This document shows positions 1 to 8,409 of a stretch of DNA of 64,000 nucleotides, piece by piece. The first letter of the stretch is position 1. The number at the start of each line of letters is the position of its first letter. The stretch spans positions 28,626 through 92,625 of the forward strand of contig CALJER010000003.1 of assembly GCA_938074535.1 (NCBI GenBank). Direction: 5' to 3'. Position numbers and translations under genes: made by a program. This DNA is from an uncultured archaeon (lineage in GTDB: Archaea; Hadarchaeota; Hadarchaeia; Hadarchaeales; WYZ-LMO6). The notes beneath the pieces were generated by a model. It was not told the DNA's origin. It made no database searches and was given only the letters and a program-made list of their open reading frames with translations.

Positions 1-1
1 T

Positions 2-130
2 GTGCTGGCAGTTTCCTACCCCACCTATTCTCTTCTCTTGATCTTCACGCTCTTTTGCGAGTGTGTGTTTCTTCGCAAAGTCTCGGATAGGGTTTTAAAT
101 TGGGTTCGGAAACTTGAGGAGAGAAGCTAG
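2..130 (+). CDS. 3' end of a hydrophobic (membrane) protein, truncated by the window start
   Basis: Open frame VLAVSYPTYSLLLIFTLFCECVFLRK...ERS* ends at TAG 128-130, immediately before the next ATG at 131. Confidence 0.55.
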   Translation: MLAVSYPTYSLLLIFTLFCECVFLRKVSDRVLNWVRKLEERS

Positions 131-1513
131 ATGAAGACCCGGGTGATGTTCGTAAACGCTGTGGACCCGACTAGGGAAGGTGAAGTGTACCTCCCGCCGC
201 TGGGGCTGGGCTATCTCGCGAGCTACCTGCGAAAGGAGTTCGGTTCAGACTCCATAAACTTCAAGATCGTCAATCGGAACGTGGAACGGGAGATAGAGAG
301 CTTCAAACCCGATCTGGTGGGCATTACCTCCCAGACCCAGAACTACGCGAGAGCGGTAGAGTACGCTCAGACGGCCAAAAGGTACGAGATCCCGGTGGTT
401 GTGGGGGGACCTCACATCTCCATGCTTCCTTCCTCGCTGGCGGACGCCATGGATGTGGGTGTAGTTGGGGAGGGGGAGAGAACGATGGCTGAACTTTTTG
501 AGCTATTTGAGCGTGCAGGAGGATTTCCTGAAAGGGAGTTGGAGGGAGTTGATGGGATAGTCTTCAGAAATGGGTGCGGAAAGCTGGTCTTCACGAAGAA
601 AAGAGCCCCCATCGAACCTTTGGATGAGATACCCCCGCCCGCCAGAGACCTGCTCGGAATAGGCCCATACACCTCAATGATTACCTCCAGGGGATGTCCA
701 TACAGGTGTGTCTACTGCGTCTCAACCCGTTTTTGGGGAGGGAGGGTCAGGTTCCATTCTGCCGAGTACGTGGTGGATGAAATCAGGGAGATGGTTGAGG
801 AATATGGAGTGAAAACCATCAATATTTTTGACGACAATTTTCTCCTAGACAGGAAAAGGGTAAGAAAAATAATAAGACTGCTCGAAGAAGAAGATCTGCT
901 TGAGAGGGTTTATTTTGAGTGTATGACAAGAGCTGATTTTGTTGACGAGGAAAGCGTCCTTCTGTTGAAGAGGATGGGTGTTAGGTATGTTCAGCTAGGA
1001 TTGGAGTCGGGAAACCCTGAGACTTTGAGGTATCTCAAGGGGGATGTTAAAGTGGAGAACAACAAAGCCGCTGTTGAATTTTTGAAAAGGGCAGGGATGG
1101 AGTGCGGAGCTTCTTTCATCATAGGCGCCCCGGAGGAAACCGAGGAAGACATCCTAGAAACTTTGAGGTTCGTAAAAGAGAGTCCGCTGGAGAGGTTTGG
1201 AGTCTATGTTTTGCTCCCCTATCCAGGTACTCCCTTGTGGGAGCTGGCAAAGGAAAGGAGACTGGTGGACGAAAATATGGACTTTGGAGCCCTCAGCGCG
1301 GACTTCGCCAGGAACAAGCGGCCCGTGATTCTCTCAGAAAAAGTTTCGGAGAAAAGACTGCGCGAGCTATATTCGCAGTTTCAAAAAGAACTGAAGAAAA
1401 GGAGGGTGAAAGTGGTTGTTCTCAAGGGGCTGAAAAGTCCCGGAAGAATTCCACGATTTTTGGTGGAGAGGGCCTTGGCCCATCTGAGGTTTCGGACTTG
1501 CCTGATGGAATGA
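131..1513 (+). CDS. B12-binding domain radical SAM protein (class B-like)
   Basis: N-terminal cobalamin-binding signature (PPLGLGYLAS, VVVGGPH, GEGE), SRGCPYRCVYC motif, GLESG, and PYPGTPLW. Confidence 0.9.
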   Translation: MKTRVMFVNAVDPTREGEVYLPPLGLGYLASYLRKEFGSDSINFKIVNRNVEREIESFKPDLVGITSQTQNYARAVEYAQTAKRYEIPVVVGGPHISMLPSSLADAMDVGVVGEGERTMAELFELFERAGGFPERELEGVDGIVFRNGCGKLVFTKKRAPIEPLDEIPPPARDLLGIGPYTSMITSRGCPYRCVYCVSTRFWGGRVRFHSAEYVVDEIREMVEEYGVKTINIFDDNFLLDRKRVRKIIRLLEEEDLLERVYFECMTRADFVDEESVLLLKRMGVRYVQLGLESGNPETLRYLKGDVKVENNKAAVEFLKRAGMECGASFIIGAPEETEEDILETLRFVKESPLERFGVYVLLPYPGTPLWELAKERRLVDENMDFGALSADFARNKRPVILSEKVSEKRLRELYSQFQKELKKRRVKVVVLKGLKSPGRIPRFLVERALAHLRFRTCLME

Positions 1514-2550
1514 CTCGGAGGCTGAACAAGCCTAGTCTCAGGCCCAGGACCTGGACCAAGATTCTCCTCGACTTTCTGGAATACAAACTTGGAGATCCCA
1601 GGCTTTCCTTCTGTCCTTTTTTCGTGACATGGAAGTGTAATCTCAGATGTGGCTACTGCCCCTACGTAACGGATACGGGGTCAGAACTCTTCAGTTACGC
1701 CCTGGGAGTTCGTGATGAAATGAGCACGGAAGAGGCAAAGTTGGCGGTGGATCAGCTGAGCGAGCTGGGTGTTGTGTGGATGTCTTTCACCGGGGGGGAG
1801 CCCCTCTTCAGGAGGGACCTGGAAGAAATAGTGTCCCACGCGAGAAAAAAGGGGATGATTACCATCCTGGATACCAACGCCGCTTTAGTAACACAAAGCA
1901 GGAGCAAATCGCTTGGTGAGGTTTTTGACAGGGTGGTTGTTTCGCTGGAAGGCCTGGAGGAAAAGAACGACGAGCTGAGGGGGAGGGGGAGCTTCAGAAG
2001 AACGATGAGGGGGGTGGAGCTCCTGAGGAAGAACACGGACTGCAGAATAGGGATCAACTTCGTCGTCAACAGGCTCAACTATCAGGAGGTAGAAGACACA
2101 GTGAATTTCTTGAGGGGAAAGGTGGACTCCATTACTTTCCAGCCCGTCCATCACGCAAGCGAGTTTCTTCTGGAGAAAGAGGCTGCGTACTGGGTCCAGG
2201 AAAAATTGCTGGAGCTGAAGCGGAAGTATCCTGCCTTCATCCTGAACACGGTTTCTCACCTCAAGCTTTTTGGAGACCACCTAGCAGGCGGGAGGCGCTG
2301 GCTTGAGTGCGATGCTTTCGATCTCTATGTGGGATTGATGCCAAACGGTGATCTCTGCGGGTGTTACTATCCCTATGTGGTCGGCAACGTGCTGGAGAGG
2401 CCCATGAGAGAACTTAGGGAGCTGGGCAGAAGGAGGAAAGAAGAGCTGCTTGCTAGGTGCGGGGGATGCACTCATTCCAGCTTCTTCAACTTTTCCCAGG
2501 TTTTCAGACGTTCTTTTCCAGCCGGATTTTTGCACGCTTTGCTTTCTTAA
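1510..2550 (+). CDS. Radical SAM protein with C-terminal SPASM/twitch-like Cys region
   Basis: ATG 1510 overlaps the upstream stop (ATGA). CNLRCGYC, FTGGEP, and C-terminal C..PNGDLCGC..GNV..CGGC. Confidence 0.88.
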   Translation: MTRRLNKPSLRPRTWTKILLDFLEYKLGDPRLSFCPFFVTWKCNLRCGYCPYVTDTGSELFSYALGVRDEMSTEEAKLAVDQLSELGVVWMSFTGGEPLFRRDLEEIVSHARKKGMITILDTNAALVTQSRSKSLGEVFDRVVVSLEGLEEKNDELRGRGSFRRTMRGVELLRKNTDCRIGINFVVNRLNYQEVEDTVNFLRGKVDSITFQPVHHASEFLLEKEAAYWVQEKLLELKRKYPAFILNTVSHLKLFGDHLAGGRRWLECDAFDLYVGLMPNGDLCGCYYPYVVGNVLERPMRELRELGRRRKEELLARCGGCTHSSFFNFSQVFRRSFPAGFLHALLS

Positions 2551-2573
2551 GGGCCCTAGCAGAGAGGTAAAGA

Positions 2574-3521
2574 GTGGAAGAGGTTACCATCGTGGGTGCG
2601 GGCCCAGCTGGTCTTGCTTGCGCGAAGGGACTGGCGGACAGGGGAATTAAACCCTTGGTGCTCCACAAGGACTGGTTTGGGCAGAAGGCGTGCGGGGATC
2701 TGGTGGAGGAGGAGTGGTTCGGTCACCCCGTTTTCCCCTACTTGACTCCACGTGCTGTTGAAAGGAACTTCGACAGGTTTACCATCAATTTTTACGGGAG
2801 GAACTTCGCTCGGAAGGGGAGGTGGGTTTCGATCGACAGGGGGGAGTTTGAGCGGGCTCTGTGCGAGGAAGCAAAAAGGAGGGGGGCTAAGTTCAGGCTT
2901 GAGAGGGTTGCCAGGATCAGAAGGAAGGGAAAGACTTTCTTGATAAACGACAGAATAGAAACCAAATTCTTGGTGGGTGCTGACGGTGCGGACTCGGTGG
3001 TCAGAAGCTTTCTCGGGCAGGAAATAGAAAAGGCCTTTGCCATCAGAGGGTACGTGAAGGGGGATAGGGAGAGTCCCACCCTCTATGTGGACAGAGGGAT
3101 AATCGAGGGGGGATATGCTTGGATTTTCCCCAAGAGGAAGCTGCTCAACGTGGGGGTCGTGGGTAGAAGAGTGGAGGAGGTGAAGAGGGGATGGAGAAAG
3201 TTCACCAGAGGAATGGAGGTGAGGGATGCAAAGGGATCGTTCGTCCCCTGCTCTCTTCCCTGTAAAACCGAGTTCGAAAACGCCATCTTGGTGGGGGACG
3301 CGGCGGGCCAGATAAACCCCCTCAGTTTCGCGGGGATCAACCTTTCCCTCCTCTGCGGAAGTCTGGCGGCCGAGGCGATTGCCTCTTCGAGGAGCTACGA
3401 GGGGCTGTGGAGGAAGGAGGTCTACCGGAGATTAAGGATTTTCCACCTGAAGGGGAAGATATTTTGGGGTTCTCTGATGAAGCAGAAGTGGGCCGGACAT
3501 CTGCTGAGGTGGTTCTTCTGA
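2574..3521 (+). CDS. Geranylgeranyl reductase family FAD-dependent oxidoreductase
   Basis: GAGPAG Rossmann motif, KACGD, VGADG, GYAWIFPK and LVGDAAG. Confidence 0.85.
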   Translation: MEEVTIVGAGPAGLACAKGLADRGIKPLVLHKDWFGQKACGDLVEEEWFGHPVFPYLTPRAVERNFDRFTINFYGRNFARKGRWVSIDRGEFERALCEEAKRRGAKFRLERVARIRRKGKTFLINDRIETKFLVGADGADSVVRSFLGQEIEKAFAIRGYVKGDRESPTLYVDRGIIEGGYAWIFPKRKLLNVGVVGRRVEEVKRGWRKFTRGMEVRDAKGSFVPCSLPCKTEFENAILVGDAAGQINPLSFAGINLSLLCGSLAAEAIASSRSYEGLWRKEVYRRLRIFHLKGKIFWGSLMKQKWAGHLLRWFF

Positions 3522-3556
3522 GTTCGAAGGGAGTGGCGAAAAACTGTTTTAGGGTG

Positions 3557-4237
3557 ATGATCAAACCAGGAGAAGTGTTCGAACAGGTTAGGGCTGGAGT
3601 TCCCCTCCGCCTTTCACTACCCCTCCTGTTTTTCCTCAGGCAGCTTCACATCTACTCGCATGTTTGGCTGGTTCATCGGGAATTTTATCTCGAGGAATAC
3701 CGCCGTTTTTCCGACTTCCTGGTGGATAGATTTTCAGTCAACGGTGGGTTTGAGGTGATATGGATGTGGTTTTTTGGATGCATGATGATTTACCTGCTCG
3801 GAGTTTTCTTGGGAAAGAGGGTGAGCTACGAAAGGATAGAACACGGGTTCTTCTACATTTTCATCGCTTCCTTTTTTTTGCTCGCCCTCGACGTTCTTCA
3901 CCTCTTCCTACCCCCCACTTATTTCCATGGTTACTGCATGCACGCAGCTTTGGCTGCACAGCTTTTCCTGATTCCGATATGGGTGAGTTTCATGGTGGAA
4001 AGGTTCCTGGGGGTGAGGAAGAGGTACACGGTCTTGCCAGCCAGCTTCTTCCCGATTTCGATCAAATACTTTTGGGGGGAAGTCTTCTCCCTTCCCATCG
4101 TTGTGGCAGGGCTGTGCGCGCTGATGTTTTTCTTCCTTCTCAAGCGGATGAACTCAAGAACGGTTTTTCTCTTCTCCTCCATAATTTGTGTTGCGGCCTT
4201 CCTAGCGGTGCCGGAGCTGAGGGGTTTCATAGATTGA
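3557..4237 (+). CDS. Multi-pass membrane protein (Yip1-like start, IKPGEVFEQV)
   Basis: About 7 hydrophobic segments. ATG 3557 follows a GGTG RBS-like element. Confidence 0.6.
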   Translation: MIKPGEVFEQVRAGVPLRLSLPLLFFLRQLHIYSHVWLVHREFYLEEYRRFSDFLVDRFSVNGGFEVIWMWFFGCMMIYLLGVFLGKRVSYERIEHGFFYIFIASFFLLALDVLHLFLPPTYFHGYCMHAALAAQLFLIPIWVSFMVERFLGVRKRYTVLPASFFPISIKYFWGEVFSLPIVVAGLCALMFFFLLKRMNSRTVFLFSSIICVAAFLAVPELRGFID

Positions 4238-4274
4238 GACCAACTAAATTAAAATAAAGAGAAAGAATGAAAGT

Positions 4275-5231
4275 GTGGGGTGCGGAGGAATCTTCTGGCG
4301 TCTGGCTTTGAGATGGGGAGCAAGAAGGCCAGTAGCCAAGCTCCTTTTCAATCCTGTTCGGGAGCTGCAAAAATTCTTCAGGCCTAAACTCCATTGCATG
4401 GTGGTGCCCACTTTCAGGTGCAACTACTACGGCCTATGCAAGTACTGCCATGTTCCGGACCTGGGCCTCCCCGAGCTCTATCCCGGAGACTTCCGGTGGA
4501 AGAAACTGGTGGAGCGCCTGGAGGAGTTCCCTCCGTGCCTGCTGGACATCACAGGGGGTGAGCCCTTCATGGCGAAGGGCTTTCGGGAGTTCATCCAAAG
4601 TCTCCCTGGAAAGCACATGGTGGGGGTGAGCACTAACCTTTCCTTTGAAATAAGCGAGGTGGAGGAGCTCCTCCCCAGATTTTGCTGGATAACCGCCAGC
4701 TTTCACCCCTTTGCCGCAGACTTGAACGAGTTCCTGGAGAAGGTGAGGCGGGTTCGGGCCATCAACCCCAGGGTGAAGATAAACATGGTGGCACATCCGC
4801 AGGTGTTGCCGAAGCTGAGCTTCTACGTGAGAACCTTTGAGAAAAACGGACTTCTCACCAACGTCGATCCCTATCTGAGCTTATCTCCATACGCGGAGGA
4901 GGAGGAAAAACTTGTGAGAGGGCTCCTGATAAGCAAGCGGGTAACGACCCCTCCCTTCGTAGAGGAGCCCACGCTCTGCAATGCCGGTGTCAGGCATTTT
5001 GTCGTTTTGCCCAACGGGGACGTCTACACCTGTTGGAACGGAATGAACATAAGGCACTTTTTGGCAAGAGCAGATGGAACGGATCCGCGGGAGGGGCCCT
5101 ATTACCTAGGGAACATGGTCGGGGGAACTTTCAAGCCCAGGCAGGGGTGGATTAAGTGCGATTTCCCCTGCCCACCACCCTGCGATTCCGACTTCACTGA
5201 AAGGAGGTCTTGGTCCACCCATCGGGGCTGA
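4275..5231 (+). CDS. Radical SAM protein with atypical CX5CX2C motif and twitch/SPASM tail
   Basis: CNYYGLCKYC, ITGGEPF, STN, SFHP, and C-terminal CNAG..PNGDVYTC..LGN..C..C..C. Confidence 0.85.
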   Translation: MGCGGIFWRLALRWGARRPVAKLLFNPVRELQKFFRPKLHCMVVPTFRCNYYGLCKYCHVPDLGLPELYPGDFRWKKLVERLEEFPPCLLDITGGEPFMAKGFREFIQSLPGKHMVGVSTNLSFEISEVEELLPRFCWITASFHPFAADLNEFLEKVRRVRAINPRVKINMVAHPQVLPKLSFYVRTFEKNGLLTNVDPYLSLSPYAEEEEKLVRGLLISKRVTTPPFVEEPTLCNAGVRHFVVLPNGDVYTCWNGMNIRHFLARADGTDPREGPYYLGNMVGGTFKPRQGWIKCDFPCPPPCDSDFTERRSWSTHRG

Positions 5232-5328
5232 ATCCAGCCCCCATACCTAAATGCTCATATTTAAAGAAAATCAACATTTACGTGTGAAGGTTCCGCGGGG
5301 AGGGTGGGAAAAGGGGCTGAAGGGCGGG

Positions 5329-8235
5329 ATGGCCCTGCTGCTCTGCCTCCTCTTCCTCCTCCCCCCGGCGTGCGCCCTCACCTTCACCGACACCACCAAC
5401 GCCGACTTCGCGCAGGGGGTGCACGAGAACACGGAGAACGTGAGCGACGACCTCAGGCTCAGGACCAACTACCTGCAGGGCAGGTTCACCTCCAGGGCCT
5501 TCGACGCCCTGCAGACGCAGGTGTGGGGCACCCTCTCCTGGAACGCCACCCTTCCCTCCCTTGCGGTGAGCGTGGAGAACGACAACGTGGGGGCCGAGCC
5601 CACCACGCTGGCGGACGGGACCCCCAGGATAGGGAGGATCACGGGGGGTTCCGTCCTGAACACGAGGATCTCCGACGGAGTCTACGAGAACATAGTGGAG
5701 GAGGCCGGCGCCCCCTACGGGGGAAGCGTGAACCTCATCCTCTTCTGGGACGGGGCCACCATACCCTCGGGCTGGACCTGCATCTCCGATGACCCCGGGG
5801 AGCCCTTCTACTACAGGTTCCCCATGGGGGGGTCCTCCTACGGGAGCACGGGGGGTGCGGAAAACCATACCCACCCCACCACCTCCTCCTGCGGGGGACC
5901 CTCCGCCACCCTACAGAGGAACTCCGGGACCAACGTGACCACGGCGACCAGCACCCACACCCACACCCCCACCGTCACCGTGGCGACCGTAAGCCACCTC
6001 CCGCCTTACTACGACCTGAAGGTGATCAGGTACAACTCGGGAATCCCGTCCACCCTTCCCGCCGGTGTGATAGCCCTCTTCCCCTCCACCTCTGTTCCTT
6101 CCGGCTGGAGCCTTTACACGGCGGCGGACAACCGCTTCCTCAGGGGTGCTCCCTCGGCCGGGGGAACGGGGGGAGGCACCACCCACACCCACAGCGTGAG
6201 CGTGAGCACGGGCGGTCCCTCCCATACGGTGCAGCTGAGGACGGACCCCTGTGGTGCGTCCGTTGCCTACCCCACCAGTACCCACACCCACTCCGGTTCT
6301 GGCACCAGCTCGGCGGCCGCCAACCTCCCCCCCTACCTCACGGTGGTCCTGGCCAAGGCCTCTGCCGACACCCCCATCCCGGGCGGAATGATAGGGATGT
6401 TCGACGGCGTGCCCGGGGGGAACTGGTCCCTCCTCTCGGCCTTCAACGGAAGGTTCCTGCTGGAGAACCTAACCGCGGGATATGGGGCCACGGGGGGGAC
6501 CTCCTCTCACACCCACTCCGATCTCAGCATCACCACGGGTACGGGCGCCACCTCCTCGGCCAACCTGGATGTGGGGACCGCCGTCACTTTCGCCAGCGGC
6601 ACCCACACCCACACCGTCACGGTTTCCTTCCAGGAGAGTTCCCACCTCCCCCCCTACGTCACCGTCCTCTTCGCCCAGGCCACCTGCGGGCTCCGCTGGC
6701 AGCACAACATCGAGAACGTGGCGGCGGGCTACGCCAGCTACCAGCTGCGCGTGAAGGGCAGGACGAGCGGTGACTCCGAGACCGTGGGGGTCTACGTGTG
6801 GAAGAGCAGCGCCAGCTCCTGGGAGTACCTGGGGAACCTCACGGGGACCGAGGCAACCCTCACCAAGATCCTCTCCGGGGCCGAGCTCCCCTCCTACCTG
6901 AGCGGGACCAGCCTGCTGGTCAAGTACGAGTCGGCCGATGCCAGCGACCTAACCCCCACCGCCCTCCACGTGGACCTCTGCATCCTGGAGGAGGGCCAGC
7001 TCTACAAGAGCTATGTGAAGTTCAGGGTGAGGGTGAGCGCGAACGGCTCCACCTGGAGCCAGGAGCTGGGCCCGGACGGTACCCCCAACACCTACTTCAC
7101 CTCCTCCCCCGCCAGCCTGGGGAACATCCCGGAGAACCGGTACATCCGCTACGTCGCGTACCTCTCCAGCGAGCACTCCCAGCTCACCGGGGCCAACGGC
7201 CCGAAGGTGCACGACGTGACCATCACCTCCTTCACCCCAGGACAGGCCGAGGTTTTCACCCTGGGAGCTGAGAACGTGGGCTGGGGGGGCGCCATCCTCA
7301 CCGCCAGGCTCCTCTACGTGGATCCCTGGGCGGCGGTGAGGTTCCAGTACATGCCGGAAGGGGGGGTCTGGGAGAGCACCCCCTGGGAGGGCTGGGAGAA
7401 AAGCTGGTACTGGCGCCCCGTCTCCGGCCTGCAGGAGAACAAGACCTACTACTTCCAGGCGCAGGTGAAGTACGGCGGACAGATATACGGCGGCGGGATC
7501 AGGACCTTCAGAACCCTTCCCAGCAAACCCTATGCCGTCACCCTGAGGGCCACCGAGGTGGACAACTCCTCCGCCGTGCTCAACGCCAGAATATACTACG
7601 GCAGCTACGACAACGTGAGCATAAGGTTCTGGTATCAGCCCGAGGGAGGGAGCTGGTCGGCCACCACGTCCGTCCAGGGCTACAGGGGCCCCACCTACAG
7701 CACCAGGATCACGGGCCTGACCGCAAACAAGCTTTACTCCTTCAGGGCTGAGATCACCTACGGTACCACCTCCGAGAACGCCAACGTGGAGACCTTCACC
7801 ACCTTTACTTCCAAGTCCACGGGCATGGCCTACGACGGGACCCTCGGGTTCGGCTCCTCCCCCCCCGGCTGGCACGGGGTGAGGATGACCCCGCCCTCCG
7901 GCACCAAGGGTCTGAAGCTGGAGCTCCTCACCTCCTCCCCCCTCCCCGCCCACTACTCCCTGCGGGTGGTGAGGGACAACGGGGAGCTGCTCTACGCCGG
8001 CCACATCCTCTCCGACAACGGGAAGAGCAAGGTGGTGAGCGTGAGGCTCTGGAAGAGCACGGCCGGGGAGAGCGTGTACGTGGAGCTCTACGATCCCTAC
8101 GGCTTCGCCTACAGGACGAGGGGCACCAAGCCCTCCTTGGGGGATGCCGCGTACTCCTACCTGGACCGCACCGGAAAGAACCTCAGGTACTACGACAGGG
8201 CCTGCGGCGTGAACGTGCTGGAGAGCTACGCCTGA
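5329..8235 (+). CDS. Secreted/surface protein with three phage tail-collar/HxH repeats and FN3-like domains
   Basis: Signal peptide MALLLCLLFLLPPACA. Ser/Thr/Gly-rich. Three ~100-aa repeats (IxxF..GW..RF..GG..HTH..HTH..LPPY) and two FN3-like repeats (TLxAxxV..AxLxAR..GLxxNKxYxFxA). Confidence 0.8.
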   Translation: MALLLCLLFLLPPACALTFTDTTNADFAQGVHENTENVSDDLRLRTNYLQGRFTSRAFDALQTQVWGTLSWNATLPSLAVSVENDNVGAEPTTLADGTPRIGRITGGSVLNTRISDGVYENIVEEAGAPYGGSVNLILFWDGATIPSGWTCISDDPGEPFYYRFPMGGSSYGSTGGAENHTHPTTSSCGGPSATLQRNSGTNVTTATSTHTHTPTVTVATVSHLPPYYDLKVIRYNSGIPSTLPAGVIALFPSTSVPSGWSLYTAADNRFLRGAPSAGGTGGGTTHTHSVSVSTGGPSHTVQLRTDPCGASVAYPTSTHTHSGSGTSSAAANLPPYLTVVLAKASADTPIPGGMIGMFDGVPGGNWSLLSAFNGRFLLENLTAGYGATGGTSSHTHSDLSITTGTGATSSANLDVGTAVTFASGTHTHTVTVSFQESSHLPPYVTVLFAQATCGLRWQHNIENVAAGYASYQLRVKGRTSGDSETVGVYVWKSSASSWEYLGNLTGTEATLTKILSGAELPSYLSGTSLLVKYESADASDLTPTALHVDLCILEEGQLYKSYVKFRVRVSANGSTWSQELGPDGTPNTYFTSSPASLGNIPENRYIRYVAYLSSEHSQLTGANGPKVHDVTITSFTPGQAEVFTLGAENVGWGGAILTARLLYVDPWAAVRFQYMPEGGVWESTPWEGWEKSWYWRPVSGLQENKTYYFQAQVKYGGQIYGGGIRTFRTLPSKPYAVTLRATEVDNSSAVLNARIYYGSYDNVSIRFWYQPEGGSWSATTSVQGYRGPTYSTRITGLTANKLYSFRAEITYGTTSENANVETFTTFTSKSTGMAYDGTLGFGSSPPGWHGVRMTPPSGTKGLKLELLTSSPLPAHYSLRVVRDNGELLYAGHILSDNGKSKVVSVRLWKSTAGESVYVELYDPYGFAYRTRGTKPSLGDAAYSYLDRTGKNLRYYDRACGVNVLESYA

Positions 8236-8333
8236 TGGGGCCAGGGCCGGGAACTCCGCCGGCTCGGGGCCGGATTCGAACCCGGGTCACGGGATCCACA
8301 GTCCCGGATGCTGACCGCTGCACCACCCTGGCC
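8236..8333 (-). tRNA. tRNA-His(GUG) with encoded G-1, C73, CCA and a 22-nt intron at 59/60
   Basis: Acceptor stem GCCAGGG/CCCTGGC and anticodon arm CGGGA-CTGTGGA-TCCCG. The T-arm CCGGG-TTCGAAT-CCCGG is restored only after removing 8253-8274. Confidence 0.95.
8253..8274 (-). other. tRNA intron in the T-loop with a strict bulge-helix-bulge motif
   Basis: Minus strand reads CCGGG[TTCG]AA^T CCGGC-CCCGA-GCCGG [CGGA]GT^T CCCGG, a 4-bp central helix with two 3-nt bulges. Confidence 0.9.
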
Positions 8334-8409
8334 ATTCCCCTTGGGAGGAAGAGGTAAAAAGGAGAGGGGGGTGAGCATGCCCCCTCCACGCCTGGAGCAG
8401 CTTCAGTGC

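Noticed and set aside
5329-8235. Prophage tail gene or provirus
   Set aside because: The gene has a signal peptide and host-like codons, and there are no capsid, terminase or integrase genes in the window.
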